Shown piece by piece: positions 1-11,400 of a stretch of DNA of 49,795 bases. This DNA is from an uncultured Clostridia bacterium (GTDB lineage Bacteria > Bacillota > Clostridia > Oscillospirales > CAG-382), in NCBI GenBank assembly GCA_947627335.1, contig CANQVQ010000001.1, positions 1 to 49,795 on the forward strand, in the 5' to 3' direction. Position 1 is the stretch's first letter, and the number at the start of each line of letters is the position of its first letter. The translations under genes were made by a program, and so were the position numbers. Under the pieces are notes generated by a model. That model made no database searches. It was not told where the DNA came from and saw nothing but the letters and a program-made list of their open reading frames with translations.

Positions 1-32
1 TTGGCGAAGCCAACATCATCAGGCGGAGCCGA

Positions 33-100
33 CATCATTTGCCCGACAGGGCAAACATCATTGAAAAAGGCGATTGCTTTCGCAATCGCCTTTTTCTTGG
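33..100 (-). repeat. 68-bp repeat element, copy 1: ACATCATT units plus terminator hairpin, immediately 3' of tRNA-Ala
   Basis: 67 of 68 nt identical to 13377..13444 (single A/G difference in the hairpin arm). Same orientation in both copies, and both end on the CCA end of a minus-strand tRNA. Confidence 0.9.
64..95 (-). terminator. Intrinsic terminator after tRNA-Ala (bidirectional shape)
   Basis: 9-bp stem GGCGATTGC/GCAATCGCC (69-77 / 82-90), 4-nt loop, flanked by A5 and T5 runs. Confidence 0.8.
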
Positions 101-173
101 TGGAGCATAGGGGACTTGAACCCCTGACCCCGACACTGCCAGTGTCGTGCGCTCCCAACTGCGCTAATGCCCC
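98..173 (-). tRNA. tRNA-Ala (anticodon GGC), CCA encoded
   Basis: The reverse complement folds as a 76-nt cloverleaf: acceptor GGGGCAT/ATGCTCC with the G3:U70 Ala identity pair, anticodon loop CTGGCAG, T-loop TTCAAGT, 3' ACCA. Confidence 0.9.
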
Positions 174-211
174 GTTTGGGATTTTCGACCGATTTCCTCG
201 TTCGCTCATAG

Positions 212-240
212 AGTATAGCACATTTTTCTTCGGTTGTCAA
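212..240 (-). promoter_or_regulatory. Promoter of tRNA-Ala
   Basis: Minus strand reads TTGACA-17 nt-TATACT with a TGc extended -10; about 32 nt upstream of the tRNA 5' end. Confidence 0.7.
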
Positions 241-276
241 TCCCTTTTTTGCATTTTTGGGAATTTCGGCTCCCGC

Positions 277-305
277 AAACGCAAAAGGGGCGCAAATCGC
301 GCCCC
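277..305 (-). terminator. Intrinsic terminator closing the pilus operon
   Basis: Stem GGGGCGC/GCGCCCC (287-293 / 299-305); on the minus strand it is followed by TTTTGCGTTT. Sits 6 nt after the minor-pilin stop. Confidence 0.75.
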
Positions 306-310
306 TTCGG

Positions 311-1219
311 TCAACTCTTTTTCCGCAGCAGCAGGAGGATCCCACCGCCGACGGCGATCGCGCCCAGCGCGAACAGGACCGGTACCGGCCACCACAGAAG
401 CCCGGTCTGCGGCGGCGGAACGTCCGACGTGGGCGGCGGCGGTGCGTCGTTGGTATTGGTCACAGTAAAGGTGACGCCCTGCTGTATGATCCCGACCGTG
501 TAATCCTCCGGCACCTGCTTTTCGGTCAGCCGCCACGTGTGCGCCGCCTCCAGATCCTCCCAAGAACACGACCAATTGTTATCGGCACGCAGCACCTCTT
601 CGTCCCACAGGACGCCGTCGCAAAGCAGCTGCACCACGATCTCCGGCGGGCGATCTTCCCCGTCGCCGTCGTTCCTCCAGATCTTCAATGCACGACGCGT
701 GATGGTCATTTCGGAGGTTTCATGCGTATCATACTTCGGTTCAACCACGACGTTGAGGTCGTCCGTCCCGTCCGCCTTGCGGAAGGGAACCGTCACCAGC
801 ATCGGCTGCGGGAACAGCAGGAGGTCGCCCGACTGCACCATTTCCCCGATGACCAAATACAGCCCGGTCTCCAGCCCCGCGAACGTAAGTTCCCCGTTCG
901 CGTCCGTTTTCACGGTGGTCAGCGGTTCGATCCCGTCGCGGTCGGCGTACGCCGCCAACGTGGACGCCAGCGTCTTCCATTCCTCGCTGGACGGGTCGTC
1001 CGGCGTTCGCACGGAATACGAAGAAAAGGGGTCGGCGAGCGCGTAGCCGCTTTCCTTCCACTCCGCCGCTTTATACAGCGCAAACGACGCGTCCGCTACG
1101 GGCTGCTCCTCGTGCCGGAACAGGACCGTGATCGACCCGGTTTCCACCGCAAACACCGGCGTTACCGCGCCAAACAAAAGCAAGACGCATAGCAGCATCG
1201 GATAAATTCGTTTCCTCAT
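311..1219 (-). CDS. Sortase-anchored minor (possibly basal) pilin, CnaB-type
   Basis: 302 aa with a signal peptide (MRKRIYPMLLCVLLLFGAVTPVFA). Has a VVVEPKY pilin-like motif, E-box-like LTEKQVPEDY, and a C-terminal PPQTG + hydrophobic segment + RKKS. Start overlaps the upstream sortase stop (ATGA). Confidence 0.8.
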   Translation of the reverse strand: MRKRIYPMLLCVLLLFGAVTPVFAVETGSITVLFRHEEQPVADASFALYKAAEWKESGYALADPFSSYSVRTPDDPSSEEWKTLASTLAAYADRDGIEPLTTVKTDANGELTFAGLETGLYLVIGEMVQSGDLLLFPQPMLVTVPFRKADGTDDLNVVVEPKYDTHETSEMTITRRALKIWRNDGDGEDRPPEIVVQLLCDGVLWDEEVLRADNNWSCSWEDLEAAHTWRLTEKQVPEDYTVGIIQQGVTFTVTNTNDAPPPPTSDVPPPQTGLLWWPVPVLFALGAIAVGGGILLLLRKKS

Positions 1220-2124
1220 GATCGGAATCCCTCCCCGCGACGGCTTTCACGTGCGGTCTTCTTGTGCTTTCTCTTCCTGTGAACGATGATCACGGTAACG
1301 ACGATCCCGACGAAAAGAACGGTCGGGAGCAGCAGAAACCATCGGTTCCACTTGGAAGTAAACGGTTGTATGACGAGCGGTTGCTCCGGTTCTTCCGCCG
1401 GTGTTGACGGCGTTTCGATCCGGCGACCGGTAACGACCAAACGGTGCGTATTGATCCCATAGGGGGTGCAGGTCATCAGCGTGCAAAGCTCCTGCCCTTC
1501 CTCGATCTTCATGTCCTCGAGTTCTTCCGGCGATACGCGAGCCATGCGCTCCACGCGGTATGTGAGCACCTCGTTGAGGATGTGCAGCACGAACGTGTCG
1601 CCGATCTCGAGCTGATCCAGATCGGTAAACAGGCGGGCGGACGGCAGACCGCTGTGCCCGGTGAGAACGGTGTGAACGCTTTCGCCGGGAAGCGGCAGGC
1701 TGGAGGCTTCCAAATGCCCGACGCCGGTCTGCAGCACGTTTTCGTCCGTGCCGTGATAGATCGCCAAATAAATCTTCGCCTTCGGGACCTCGATATACCC
1801 CATGATGCCGGTCCCGTCAAGGTTCAGCAGACTTTCGTATTTTGCCCATTCCTCGGACGTCAATTCGCCGATGTACGGCTTGGCTTTGAACAACCTGTCG
1901 TTGTACGTCGCAATATCCTGCAGCATCGCCTCGTACGCACCGTTGTCCACAGTCTGCAGCTGCCGTTGGTATTCGCCGATGGCTTTTTTGTTGACGGCGT
2001 CGTTGATCTTATCCGCAACCGTCGGATACAGCACCAAAGCCAACCCCACGAGCAGCGCAAGGACGCCGGCCACCGTGCGAACGATCTCGGACGTTCTTCT
2101 TTTCGGCTTACCGTCCCGTTTCAC
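1216..2124 (-). CDS. Class C (pilus-polymerising) sortase, copy 2
   Basis: TLMTCTPYG catalytic-Cys motif, HLEASSLP and LTGH motifs, N- and C-terminal TM segments. Start placed at GTG 2124: GGGGAG lies 5 nt upstream and the N-terminus aligns with the paralog. The ORF-track ATG at 2181 would overlap the upstream gene by 74 nt. Confidence 0.85.
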   Translation of the reverse strand: MKRDGKPKRRTSEIVRTVAGVLALLVGLALVLYPTVADKINDAVNKKAIGEYQRQLQTVDNGAYEAMLQDIATYNDRLFKAKPYIGELTSEEWAKYESLLNLDGTGIMGYIEVPKAKIYLAIYHGTDENVLQTGVGHLEASSLPLPGESVHTVLTGHSGLPSARLFTDLDQLEIGDTFVLHILNEVLTYRVERMARVSPEELEDMKIEEGQELCTLMTCTPYGINTHRLVVTGRRIETPSTPAEEPEQPLVIQPFTSKWNRWFLLLPTVLFVGIVVTVIIVHRKRKHKKTARESRRGEGFRS

Positions 2125-3001
2125 CGCGGCTCCCCTTTCTGCGCCTCCTGCGCACGACGAGCACCGACACGACGACGACAAGCAGGACCGGCAGCCCGAT
2201 GGCAGCCGCCCAAAGGACCGACGGCATCGGCGCAGGGATCTCCTTGACGGGGTTCGCGGGATCCGGGCGCTCGGCTTCGGGCGTTTCGATCCGAACGCCC
2301 CGCACCAGCAGGCGGTGGGAATTGACGCCGTACGGCGTGCAGGTCATCAGCGTGCAGAGATCCCGTTCCGGGTCGAACGCCTGCTTTTCGGCGTCCTCCG
2401 GCAGCATGACGGCGGTCGATTCCACCCGATAGGTCAAAACCTCGCCGAGGATGTGCAGGAAAAAGGTGTCCCCGACCTCCAACTGGTCGATATTGCTGAA
2501 CAGCTTGGAGGACGGAAGCCCGGTGTGCCCGGACAGGATCGTGTGCGTCCCCGTTCCACCAACCGGCAGAGAGGAACCCTCGATATGCCCGACGCCCGCC
2601 TGCAGGACGCTTTCCTCCGTGCCGTGGTAAACGGGAAGGTAGATCCCCGCCTTTTCGATCTCGATATACCCCATCATGCCCGTGTCAAACGGGTCGAGCA
2701 GGGCGGCATAGCGCTGCCGCCGTTCCGCGTCCAGCCCCCCGATCTGGGAACCGACGTCCGAGAGCGCGTCATTCCACGCGTGCGCGGCTTCCAGCATCGC
2801 CTGCCGTTCGGAATCGTCCAACTGTTGGAGATTTTGCTGATAGTCCACAATATCCTTTCGGTAATTCAGCGAATTGATGTAATCCGCTACGGTCGGATAC
2901 AGCAGCAGGGAAAGTCCAACGAGCAATACGAGCGTGACGAGGATCGCGGAAAGACCGGTATGCGATTTTCGGACCGGCTTCGCATTCGTTTCGCGTTTCA
3001 T
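2108..3001 (-). CDS. Class C (pilus-polymerising) sortase, copy 1
   Basis: 297 aa with the TLMTCTPYG motif, a YPTVADYIN N-terminal anchor region and a C-terminal TM segment plus RRRRRK. Paralog of 1216..2124. Confidence 0.9.
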   Translation of the reverse strand: MKRETNAKPVRKSHTGLSAILVTLVLLVGLSLLLYPTVADYINSLNYRKDIVDYQQNLQQLDDSERQAMLEAAHAWNDALSDVGSQIGGLDAERRQRYAALLDPFDTGMMGYIEIEKAGIYLPVYHGTEESVLQAGVGHIEGSSLPVGGTGTHTILSGHTGLPSSKLFSNIDQLEVGDTFFLHILGEVLTYRVESTAVMLPEDAEKQAFDPERDLCTLMTCTPYGVNSHRLLVRGVRIETPEAERPDPANPVKEIPAPMPSVLWAAAIGLPVLLVVVVSVLVVRRRRRKGSRGETGR

Positions 3002-3082
3002 AAGGCTCTCCCTGCCGCCGTATCCGGGGCAACGGTCTCCCGCTGCCCCGAAACGGACGGACTGTCAGTTCAAATCTTGCGT

Positions 3083-5233
3083 TTATTCGGCTTTCTTGCG
3101 TCTTTTCGCAGCGATCACAAGGTAGGTGACCGCACCGGCGATCAGAACCGCACCGAGAATGTAGAAGATCATCGTGCCGGTACCGCCGGTGAAGGGCAGG
3201 AACGGCGCCTTCTGGTTGATCAGGGTGTCGGGAAGCAGACCGCTCGAGAAGACACCTTTTGCGGCGGTATTCGGAATTTGATCGTTACCGAAATTGTCAT
3301 ACACAATGCCGGGTTTGCCTTCTGCCGAATAGGTGACGCGCACAAGCGCACCGTTTTCGTCGGTTTCCGCCTGAATGACGAACACGAATTCATCCATGGT
3401 GTTGTAGCCATCGGGGGTGATGACCTCCTTAAGGGTATATTTGCCCTCGTCCAGCCCATAGACATCCGGAATTTCACCGGTTTCGCCGGATTCGAGGAGG
3501 TAGGCTTCCAAAGCGGCTTTCGCTTCCTCCAGCGCATTGTAAGCAGTACCGCCCTCTTCGCGATCCGCTTTTTTAGCGTCGTCGAACGCTTCCTTCGCTT
3601 CGTCATACTTGCCGATCAGAACCGTAACCTCTTCAGTGGAGGGATCGCTGGTTTCGCTCGTCCAGCCGGTCAGTCGGCGGATGGAATCGACAACGGCTTC
3701 CACGGTGGTGGTGTCGCTATTGGCTTTCTCTGCGTCTGTTTTCGCCGCTTCAGCCGCTTCTTTCGTTTCATAGAACGTCTGCGTTTTGGTCGTTGTAGAT
3801 TCTGCGCCTTCGGTGACGGTCGTCGTGACGGTCAGAACATACTGATCCTTGAAGATCGCGTAGTTGCCCGCCGCGTTCTTCAGAACGAAGCCCGCACCCG
3901 GCAGACCGTCGTTATCGTCGTCGCCGTCATCCAGCTTGTCGCTTGCCACCTTGACCAGGTCAAGACCAAACGCGTAGACATAGACCTTCTTTTCTTGCGT
4001 CCGACCGGTGCCGTCGTGGTTCGGGTCGTTGGAGAATTCGAGATCCACGGTGTTGGGGTTGCCCGCCACGCCGATGACCGCATTCTCGTTGACCTGCGCA
4101 TAGTAGGTGACGACAAAGATGGAATCCTTGGTCACTGTGATCTCTGCGCCGTCATTTTTCAGCGTTTTCAGATCGGTAAACTTGACTTCCAGGGTGCAGC
4201 CGTCTTCCAGACCATCCTTCACCACACTGTAGTTCGTGCTTTCCAAGACGGTGCCGCCCTTCAGATCGGTATCCGCGTCTGCGGCTGCCTTATTCGCGTA
4301 AACCCGGACGACCAGCGGATGCTCGGCATCCGGTCCGACAAGGGTCAAGCCATTGCTGAGCGTATCGTGGAAGGCATACTTGTAGGTATCAAAATCACCG
4401 TAGTTCTTGGGAAGCGTGCCGGTGAGTTTGAACTGCACATAGTCGCTGACGCCGGCGACGTCGCCTTTGTCGGTATTGGCGCTGTCGACGATGTCCTTGT
4501 CAACGGTCGGCACGGAGGCCTTCAGGTTGATCTCCTGATCGCCGAGAACGGCGAGGATGTATTCCGACGTCGCGTCCTGTTCGTCGGGCTCGGACTTGTC
4601 AGCTTCCACAAACAGATAGTACCCGGCTTTATCAAACGCAAAGGTCAGATAATCGTTTTCGGGATTTTCCTTATCGCTTGTGACTTCGCATTTGCCGTCG
4701 ATCGGCTCAAGACCGCCCTTGTCGGCAACGATCTTTGCAAAGTGCTGCAAGAACGCGTTCGTCTTGTGCGCTTCCAGAACTCTGGCAAGCTCTTCCGCCG
4801 TTCCGACTTCGGCAAAGACATTCGCGCCATCCGCAAATGCCCAGGCATCGGCGTCCGCTGTCAGAGCTTGCAGTTCTTTGAGCAAATCCTCGCTGTGGTC
4901 ATACTTGACGCCGTCTTTCTCGCCCACGACGCTCGCGCCCCATTCGATGTCCGCGAGGGTGTAGTTGTTCCAGTTTTCCGCACCCCATTCGCCGGCGTCA
5001 GACACGTCCCCTTCGGGGATCCCGCCTTCTTTGAACGGCGAACCCGTAAAGAGCTGGTAAACCGTGAACTGGTTTTCCGTCATCGCGGGAAGACCTTCGT
5101 TGTTGTGGATCACAACTTGAAGGTTATCCTGCTCGACCGGCTCCGCAAGAACCGGTACGACGGCGGTCAGCGCAAACAGGACCACAAGCGCAAGCGCAAG
5201 CAGCTTGCCAAATGTCCGATTTGTCGTTTTCAT
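3083..5233 (-). CDS. Backbone (major) pilin, SpaA-like isopeptide-domain protein with LPFTG sorting signal
   Basis: 716 aa with a signal peptide. Has a VVRVYANK pilin-like motif, a GAGFVLKN CnaB start, E-box YTLKEVITPDGY, and C-terminal LPFTGG + TM + KRRKK. GGAGGA RBS 6 nt upstream. Confidence 0.8.
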   Translation of the reverse strand: MKTTNRTFGKLLALALVVLFALTAVVPVLAEPVEQDNLQVVIHNNEGLPAMTENQFTVYQLFTGSPFKEGGIPEGDVSDAGEWGAENWNNYTLADIEWGASVVGEKDGVKYDHSEDLLKELQALTADADAWAFADGANVFAEVGTAEELARVLEAHKTNAFLQHFAKIVADKGGLEPIDGKCEVTSDKENPENDYLTFAFDKAGYYLFVEADKSEPDEQDATSEYILAVLGDQEINLKASVPTVDKDIVDSANTDKGDVAGVSDYVQFKLTGTLPKNYGDFDTYKYAFHDTLSNGLTLVGPDAEHPLVVRVYANKAAADADTDLKGGTVLESTNYSVVKDGLEDGCTLEVKFTDLKTLKNDGAEITVTKDSIFVVTYYAQVNENAVIGVAGNPNTVDLEFSNDPNHDGTGRTQEKKVYVYAFGLDLVKVASDKLDDGDDDNDGLPGAGFVLKNAAGNYAIFKDQYVLTVTTTVTEGAESTTTKTQTFYETKEAAEAAKTDAEKANSDTTTVEAVVDSIRRLTGWTSETSDPSTEEVTVLIGKYDEAKEAFDDAKKADREEGGTAYNALEEAKAALEAYLLESGETGEIPDVYGLDEGKYTLKEVITPDGYNTMDEFVFVIQAETDENGALVRVTYSAEGKPGIVYDNFGNDQIPNTAAKGVFSSGLLPDTLINQKAPFLPFTGGTGTMIFYILGAVLIAGAVTYLVIAAKRRKKAE

Positions 5234-5442
5234 TTTGTTTCCTCCATTTGTTGATTTTTTGCTGATTCCATGTTTGCCGGCGTTCTGCGCGGCAGACGCG
5301 TTCGGAAACGCCGACAGACCCGAAACGCTTCTGCATTTTTCCTCCCGTTTACGGAGGAATGTCCGAAAGAACCAATTCTACAGCGGCTTTCCTCCTTGAG
5401 ATGGTTTTATTTTTCCTTCTTTTCATCGTTCATTCCCCCCGG

Positions 5443-8400
5443 TCAGATGACGCGGCGGTTCTTGCGCCGCCCAAACAGGAACAGCACGATCGACAGCCCG
5501 ATCAGCAGTGCGCCGACGAACATGATCTCGCTCGCGCCGACTCCGCCGGTAAAGGGCGGGGCAACGGCTTTTCCGTTGACAAACAGCAGGTAAATATCCA
5601 CAGTATCCGTCGTGACGGTTCCCGAAACGCTGTCGTCCGACAGTTCGAGGTACGAACCGCTCTCGTCGGGGGCGTTGCTCGTGTTGTCCGCGACGTGCTG
5701 GAGGTTGTAGCCGCCTCTGCCGGTCTCCTTCACGGTGTACGCCGTATCCGCCGGGATCCCGCCGATGACGACCTTTTCCCCGTGTTTCAACGTGAAGGTC
5801 GCGGTAAATACGCCGTCCGTTTCCGTCCATGTGACGGTGAGCTTCTCCCCTTCGGCAGCGCCCTTGGCGTATTTTTCGACGGTCAGGTCCTCCGCGGACA
5901 ATTCGGCGCCTTCCGCCGGTTTCAGCGTCACGGAGAATGCAAAGTCCCTCGTTTCCGTGTCGCCGCTGTCGCCGTCAATGCGTTTCTCCACGGTCAGCGT
6001 GCCGTTGAACACCTGGTTGACGTAGTCCGCACGGTTCGGCGAATCGCTCGGCATCATTTCCAGATACGTCGCGGCATTATGAACGATTTCTCCCTCTCGC
6101 GTGAGCCAATCGCCCTCGCTGCTGCCGGGGTGAGCCGGGTCAACGGAAGGATACTTCGGCACCGACGTTTCGACGACCGTATAGTGGGTCCCGGCAGCAA
6201 GTCCGTAGAGCACGGCTCCCTGCTTTGCCTTGAGTTTTACCGTATACGTTCCGTCCTCGTTTGCTTTGAGCGGTTCCAGATACGAACCCGTACCCTCGCC
6301 GGTCGCCGGGAGAATGTAGTTCTGGTATTCGCTCTGCTTCGGCGCGGCAGCCGGCATCGTATGGCTTCCGTCCGACCACTTTGCGCCGCCCGATTGCAGA
6401 TCCATATTGCCCTTCCAAAGGTACAGGGTCCCGGGCTTCACCGGCGCGTCGTCGGGCTGCGTAAAGCTGACCGTAAACGTGAATTCCCGTTCCGGCGGGG
6501 TGTCGATGACGCTTCCGTTCATATCGACCAATTGCTTGGTGATCACGAGCAGATCGGGATCGACGGTGTTGATAAAGTTCGCGGATTCCTCGTAGGTCCC
6601 GGTGTTGCCGAATACCGAGTACACGCCGGTGTATTGCGTGTTGGACTTTGTATCCTGCGCCGACGTTACCGCATCGGCTTGTTCCTCGCCCACGACGCCG
6701 AAGTGGACCGTCGGGCTGACGATGTAGCGACCGATGTTGCGGATATAGCCGGACCCTTCGCCCTCGTAATGCCTATCGACCATCGTTCCTTCGTAGAACA
6801 TATAGTGGCGGACGGTCCCGTCGCTCTGCGGCACATCGCACTTGCCTTCCGCAATCTTGTCAACGGAATCTACGCTCACGCAGCCCGGGTTGTCAAGAAC
6901 ATCGTGTCTCGTCCCGGTGTTTCTGCTTTCTCCCGTTGATTCATCCCAGAGCCAGAAGACGGAGGAGCCATCCGGTACATCCTTCGGCTGGTGATGGTTG
7001 TCGCCCGGGGCATCCTTATTCATGGTGGCGTAGCTCTCCCACAAGACGGCGTTGGTGTGCGCGAACGGCTCTTCCGACTTGACGACGCCTGCTACACCGG
7101 CGCCTTCGACGGAATTTCCGTTTTTGTTCACCGCCCAGAACAACCCTTTTTCGGTCGTGTCGTCCTCATACTCTGTCGGATACTTACCGCCCCCATACTC
7201 GCCGTAGGTCGCTCCGTTTTTGGTATAGACGGGGATGCTCTGCGCGCCGGGGCGGTAGGTGCTGACGGACCCGACCTGCTGCTTGTGGCTCACCTCTTTC
7301 AAGGCGTAACCCGCTTGAAGTTGCTTTTCCGTCAATTTTTCGGTGACGCGATAGATGGCGCCGGAGGGGATCCCGCCGAACAGCAACGCCTGTCCATGCT
7401 TCAGCGTGAATTCCGCCGTGTGCTTCGCGATCTCCTCATTCGTCAAATTGGCGAAATAGTCCGGGCGGTCCCCGGTCGGGAGGATCGGGTCATACAGGTC
7501 ATTTTGGTCGGAGTTTACCACCAGATCCTGACCAACCTTCCCCGAACCATCGTTTTCATTGGCGTTCTTTCCGAATTCCACCTCTTTCGTCCAGTAGGCA
7601 CTGAGGGTGCGGTAGGGCGTTTTGATGGCAAGCTCCGAGGTTTCGGAAATGTTCGGGTTGATGGTCAGCAGTTCAAACTGCTTCGCTTCCCCTTCCTTAT
7701 TTTTATAAAGGGTTCCGCCGTAATCCTCGGCGTTAAAACCTTCCGCCGTAGGATCCGGTCTGTCGCCGGTCTCCGGCACCCATTGTGCAAGATAGGCTTC
7801 TTCGGACACCAGCCAGACCTTCGCGGCAAAGAAAGTGCCTTCCTCTCCCCGGCTCCCGTCTACCGCGACGTCCTCCGTACCGACGGAGCCGACGCCGTCC
7901 TTCATATTCGCATTGTGGTAAACACGGAACGCCGTATCCGCCACGCCGAGGTCGGTCGTGCCCCTGTTTCTGCCGATGAAGACATAATAGATCTTGCCTT
8001 CATACGAATCGCCCGCACTGTGTTTTCCCGCGGTTTCGCCCGTGCATTCTTCGGCATAGGTGTAATTCCCGGACGGGTCGGCGATCAGACGGCAGCCGTC
8101 GGCATCGACCGTGGCTTTTGTACCGTTCGACGTCTGGAGGAACAACTGCGAATCCAGCTCCAAGTCGATATAGTGGAACTGGCGCTGCCAGCTTCCCGCG
8201 CTTTCGTCCCATTGTACCACAATGGCGCTCTGCGTCCCGGTGACGCCGTTGATAAAGACCTGGAAATTGAATTCCTCGTCGGGGTCCACCGTCATACCGT
8301 CGGGCGCTTCGACCATTTTGGTCACCAGCAGCGTGGTATCCATGACATACAACCGACCGTTGTTGCCCAAGTAGACGTTCACCTTGATGTCGGATCGTTC

Positions 8401-11400
8401 AATATTGGAGGTCGAGCTGATGGTCGGCAAATAGTAGTTGTTTGCCGTGCGGGTGACGTTTTGGGCGTAATATCCCCAGTTCAGACTGGTAGCGGACTCG
8501 TCGTCATGGTATCTCTCGGCGATATACGCCTTGATTTGCTTGCTCTCCGCCTCCGTCGAATACGCCCCGCCCTTGTTCTGCACGTTTTGGGCAAGGTTGC
8601 CGACGCGCAGACCGCCGGGCTTGGCGCAAACGACCCACTCGCCGTCGGACAGAGGATTGCTTGGTTTTTCCTCGGGATATTCGTGATTCGACTTGTCGCA
8701 ACCTGCGTAATAGCCGGTATCCGGATCGATGGTCGCACCGATATAGTCCTTCCCACGGCTGCGGTCGCCCGTTTCGGAATAGGACAAATACGGGTAATCC
8801 TGCGTATACTTGCCGCTCATGTCGTGCCAACAGAGCATATCGCCGTTGGTGATGCCTGCGGCCTTATACGCCGAGCCGAACTCGCTGCCCTTACGGGTGA
8901 TGGCGTACTTCGTCCGGGTGGCGCTGCCGTCGGCTTTCAGCTCGTAGTACTCGATCGGCAGGAAGAAATAGTCGTCGGACGAGAACGGGTCGGCTTCCGC
9001 GTCGTCTTCGGGTTTTGCCACGTTGGTGAGGCGATGGGTTTTCAATAGAATAATATCGCCTTCGTTCGCCGTGACGCCTTTCGCATCGAGAGCGTCCCGA
9101 ATCGCCTTTTGACGCTCTTCGGGCGTGCCTTGGGTGTTCGCCGGTTCCAAATCCTGCGCGATCAGATTGCCGCCGAAGGTCGTTGCGTCAAATTTTGCAC
9201 CGCCTTCTTCCTCCCCGAGGTCCTCGCCGATCGAAACCTTCCTCCACTCTCCGCCGTTAAGCACATACGCCGTATTGTAGAGCGGCAACGCCTTTTCAAA
9301 CAGGTAGTAGCGGTTGCTGGTGGCGGGCGAGAACGAGGTCACCGGGTCGCCGTAGGAATAGTCGGTATTGGTGGTGACATAGTCGCCGTAGCGGTTCAGG
9401 GGGTTGTACCAGTTGGAGAAGAATTCCAGATTCCCCTGCGGAACATTTCGTGCGGTCGACGCCGCCGCATTTTTCACCTTGTTTTGCTCGATATACTCCG
9501 GACCGATCGCTCCGGCGATGTTGATTCGGTTGGAATCGTCCAGAGCCTCTTCGCTGACGCCTACGGTGTAGAACACACGCAGCGGGAAGGACGCGAGGTA
9601 GCCCGGGTCAGTCGGGTCCAAGTTGGTCTTGTATGTGAACGTTCCGTCTGCGCTTTGGTTGATGGTGACTGTGCGCAGCGGCAACATATTCGCGGGGATA
9701 TTGATCCAGAGCGCCTCGTCAAAGTTGGCGTCGGTCAAGGTGCCCTCGACGTCGGTATCGCTATAGTCGCCGCTGTCCTCGACCCAGATGCGCAGGTCGG
9801 CGAGCGCGTACACGCCGGGCGTTTTCATATGCGATTGATCGTCCTGATACGTCACGTCGGCGGGAATGTCCTCGTCCGTACCGTAGGCGGGATTCATGTG
9901 AAGAACTTTTCGGTCTTCGTCCTTCATGTCAAGGCGATAGAACGTGTATTCAGTCTTGCGTTCCTTTTCGAGCGCTTTGGAGGGGTCGCGAATCTCGCTC
10001 AGTGTTGGCACGAACTGTGCGGCGGTCTTATAATTGACGCGGAAGACCCAATTTTTGCTCCAAGCGTCCGCGGCGGAACTGCAACCGTCGGGCAAGCCGT
10101 TGTTCGATTTGTCGTCCTGCGACACAAACTCCGCTTTCGCAGTAGGCTCACCTCGATACCACCCTTGCGGCAACGCGGTTTCGCCCTTCTTAAACGCAGT
10201 GTTCCCGGCGTTCTCCATGGCTTCAATATACGCTTCGTTCCACTGGTAGTCGTACACGACGGTTTGGACGATGTCATACTTTTTGCCGAACAGAACCAGG
10301 TTTTTGACGTCCTTCACGTCCATGTATTTGCCCACCGGGTCCGTGTAGGTGACGGAGTTATTCACACCAAAGTCGTTTTTACCGCTTACCGGCGCGAAAA
10401 TGGTCGTGGTGATGGTTTCAAAGATGGAATCGAAAATGTCTTCGATATTGTGGTCGCCAGCCTCAAAATATTCATTTATATAATATAGCTGTTCGAAACT
10501 CGTAATATCGTTGGCGGTATCGCTCGGATGGTTCCAAGTAAAGTTACAATATGACCCGGCAGAATCAACGAATATATATCTTGACCCATCTGCACGCGGG
10601 AACCGCATAGAAGGTGCACTTTTCGCTATATAAGACTTCAGCGCATTTTCCGCGTCGGTTATCTCGCTCATTGCCTTGGCGTCGCCAGCCTTTTCAGCCT
10701 TATGCGCATCGCTGAAATAGGTTCTCGGGTCCATCGTAGACCAGAGCTGTTCCGTGGCGTAATTTCCCAAACCGCCGACATTATACCCGATGGAAAAGCC
10801 TTTCATTTCCTCGTCATAATGCGCTTGAATTTTGTTCTTGTAGTACCCCGCAAGTAATAGGTTGGAGACCGTTCGCGGAGCAATCGCCTGAATTTCAAGA
10901 TTTTTATTCGCGACAGAACCTCTGCCTGAAGCCCCCGACCCTTTACCGGTGCCTTCGTTGCAGTCCGCGTAATATGGATTCAAGCCAGCCCCCGCGTATT
11001 GGGCACCTGTTCCAGCCGAAGGGATAATATCCTGATTGTTTCCACTGCCAAACGGCGCCCACCATTCATAGGAGGTTCTCCCGGAATTTGACGAGGAGGT
11101 CGTGCTGATAATATTCGTTGCGCCGTCCGTCAGGACGATAAGGACGGGCATACGCTTCGCTTCGTCTGCCATGCCCGGATGGTACGTCGTCTCTGTTGCC
11201 GTCGCCAGCATTTCCATGCCTTTGTACAAAGCGCCTTGCAGATAGGTAGAGTCCGCAACCATGGCACCCGTCTTTTTTGTATAACCGCCTTTAACAGACG
11301 TTGAAACGTTGGCAAAGTATGTGTAGTTTCCATTGACGCTATATTTCGTTCCTTCGGTCGCGCTAAAGAAAATCCCATCGTTTCCGCTGGAAGTATAGTG

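Noticed and set aside
1243-1258. parS-like TTTCACGTG core within the sortase gene
   Set aside because: Only 9 of 16 positions match TGTTTCACGTGAAACA, and both outer arms are lost.
1802-5254. 1150-aa plus-strand ORF spanning the sortase and pilin genes
   Set aside because: It runs opposite to three minus-strand genes with clear TLxTC sortase and LPXTG-type pilin signatures. It has no start context and a low-complexity translation. The same applies to plus-strand ORFs 5359..6939, 6991..9048 and 9109..10488 inside the adhesin gene.
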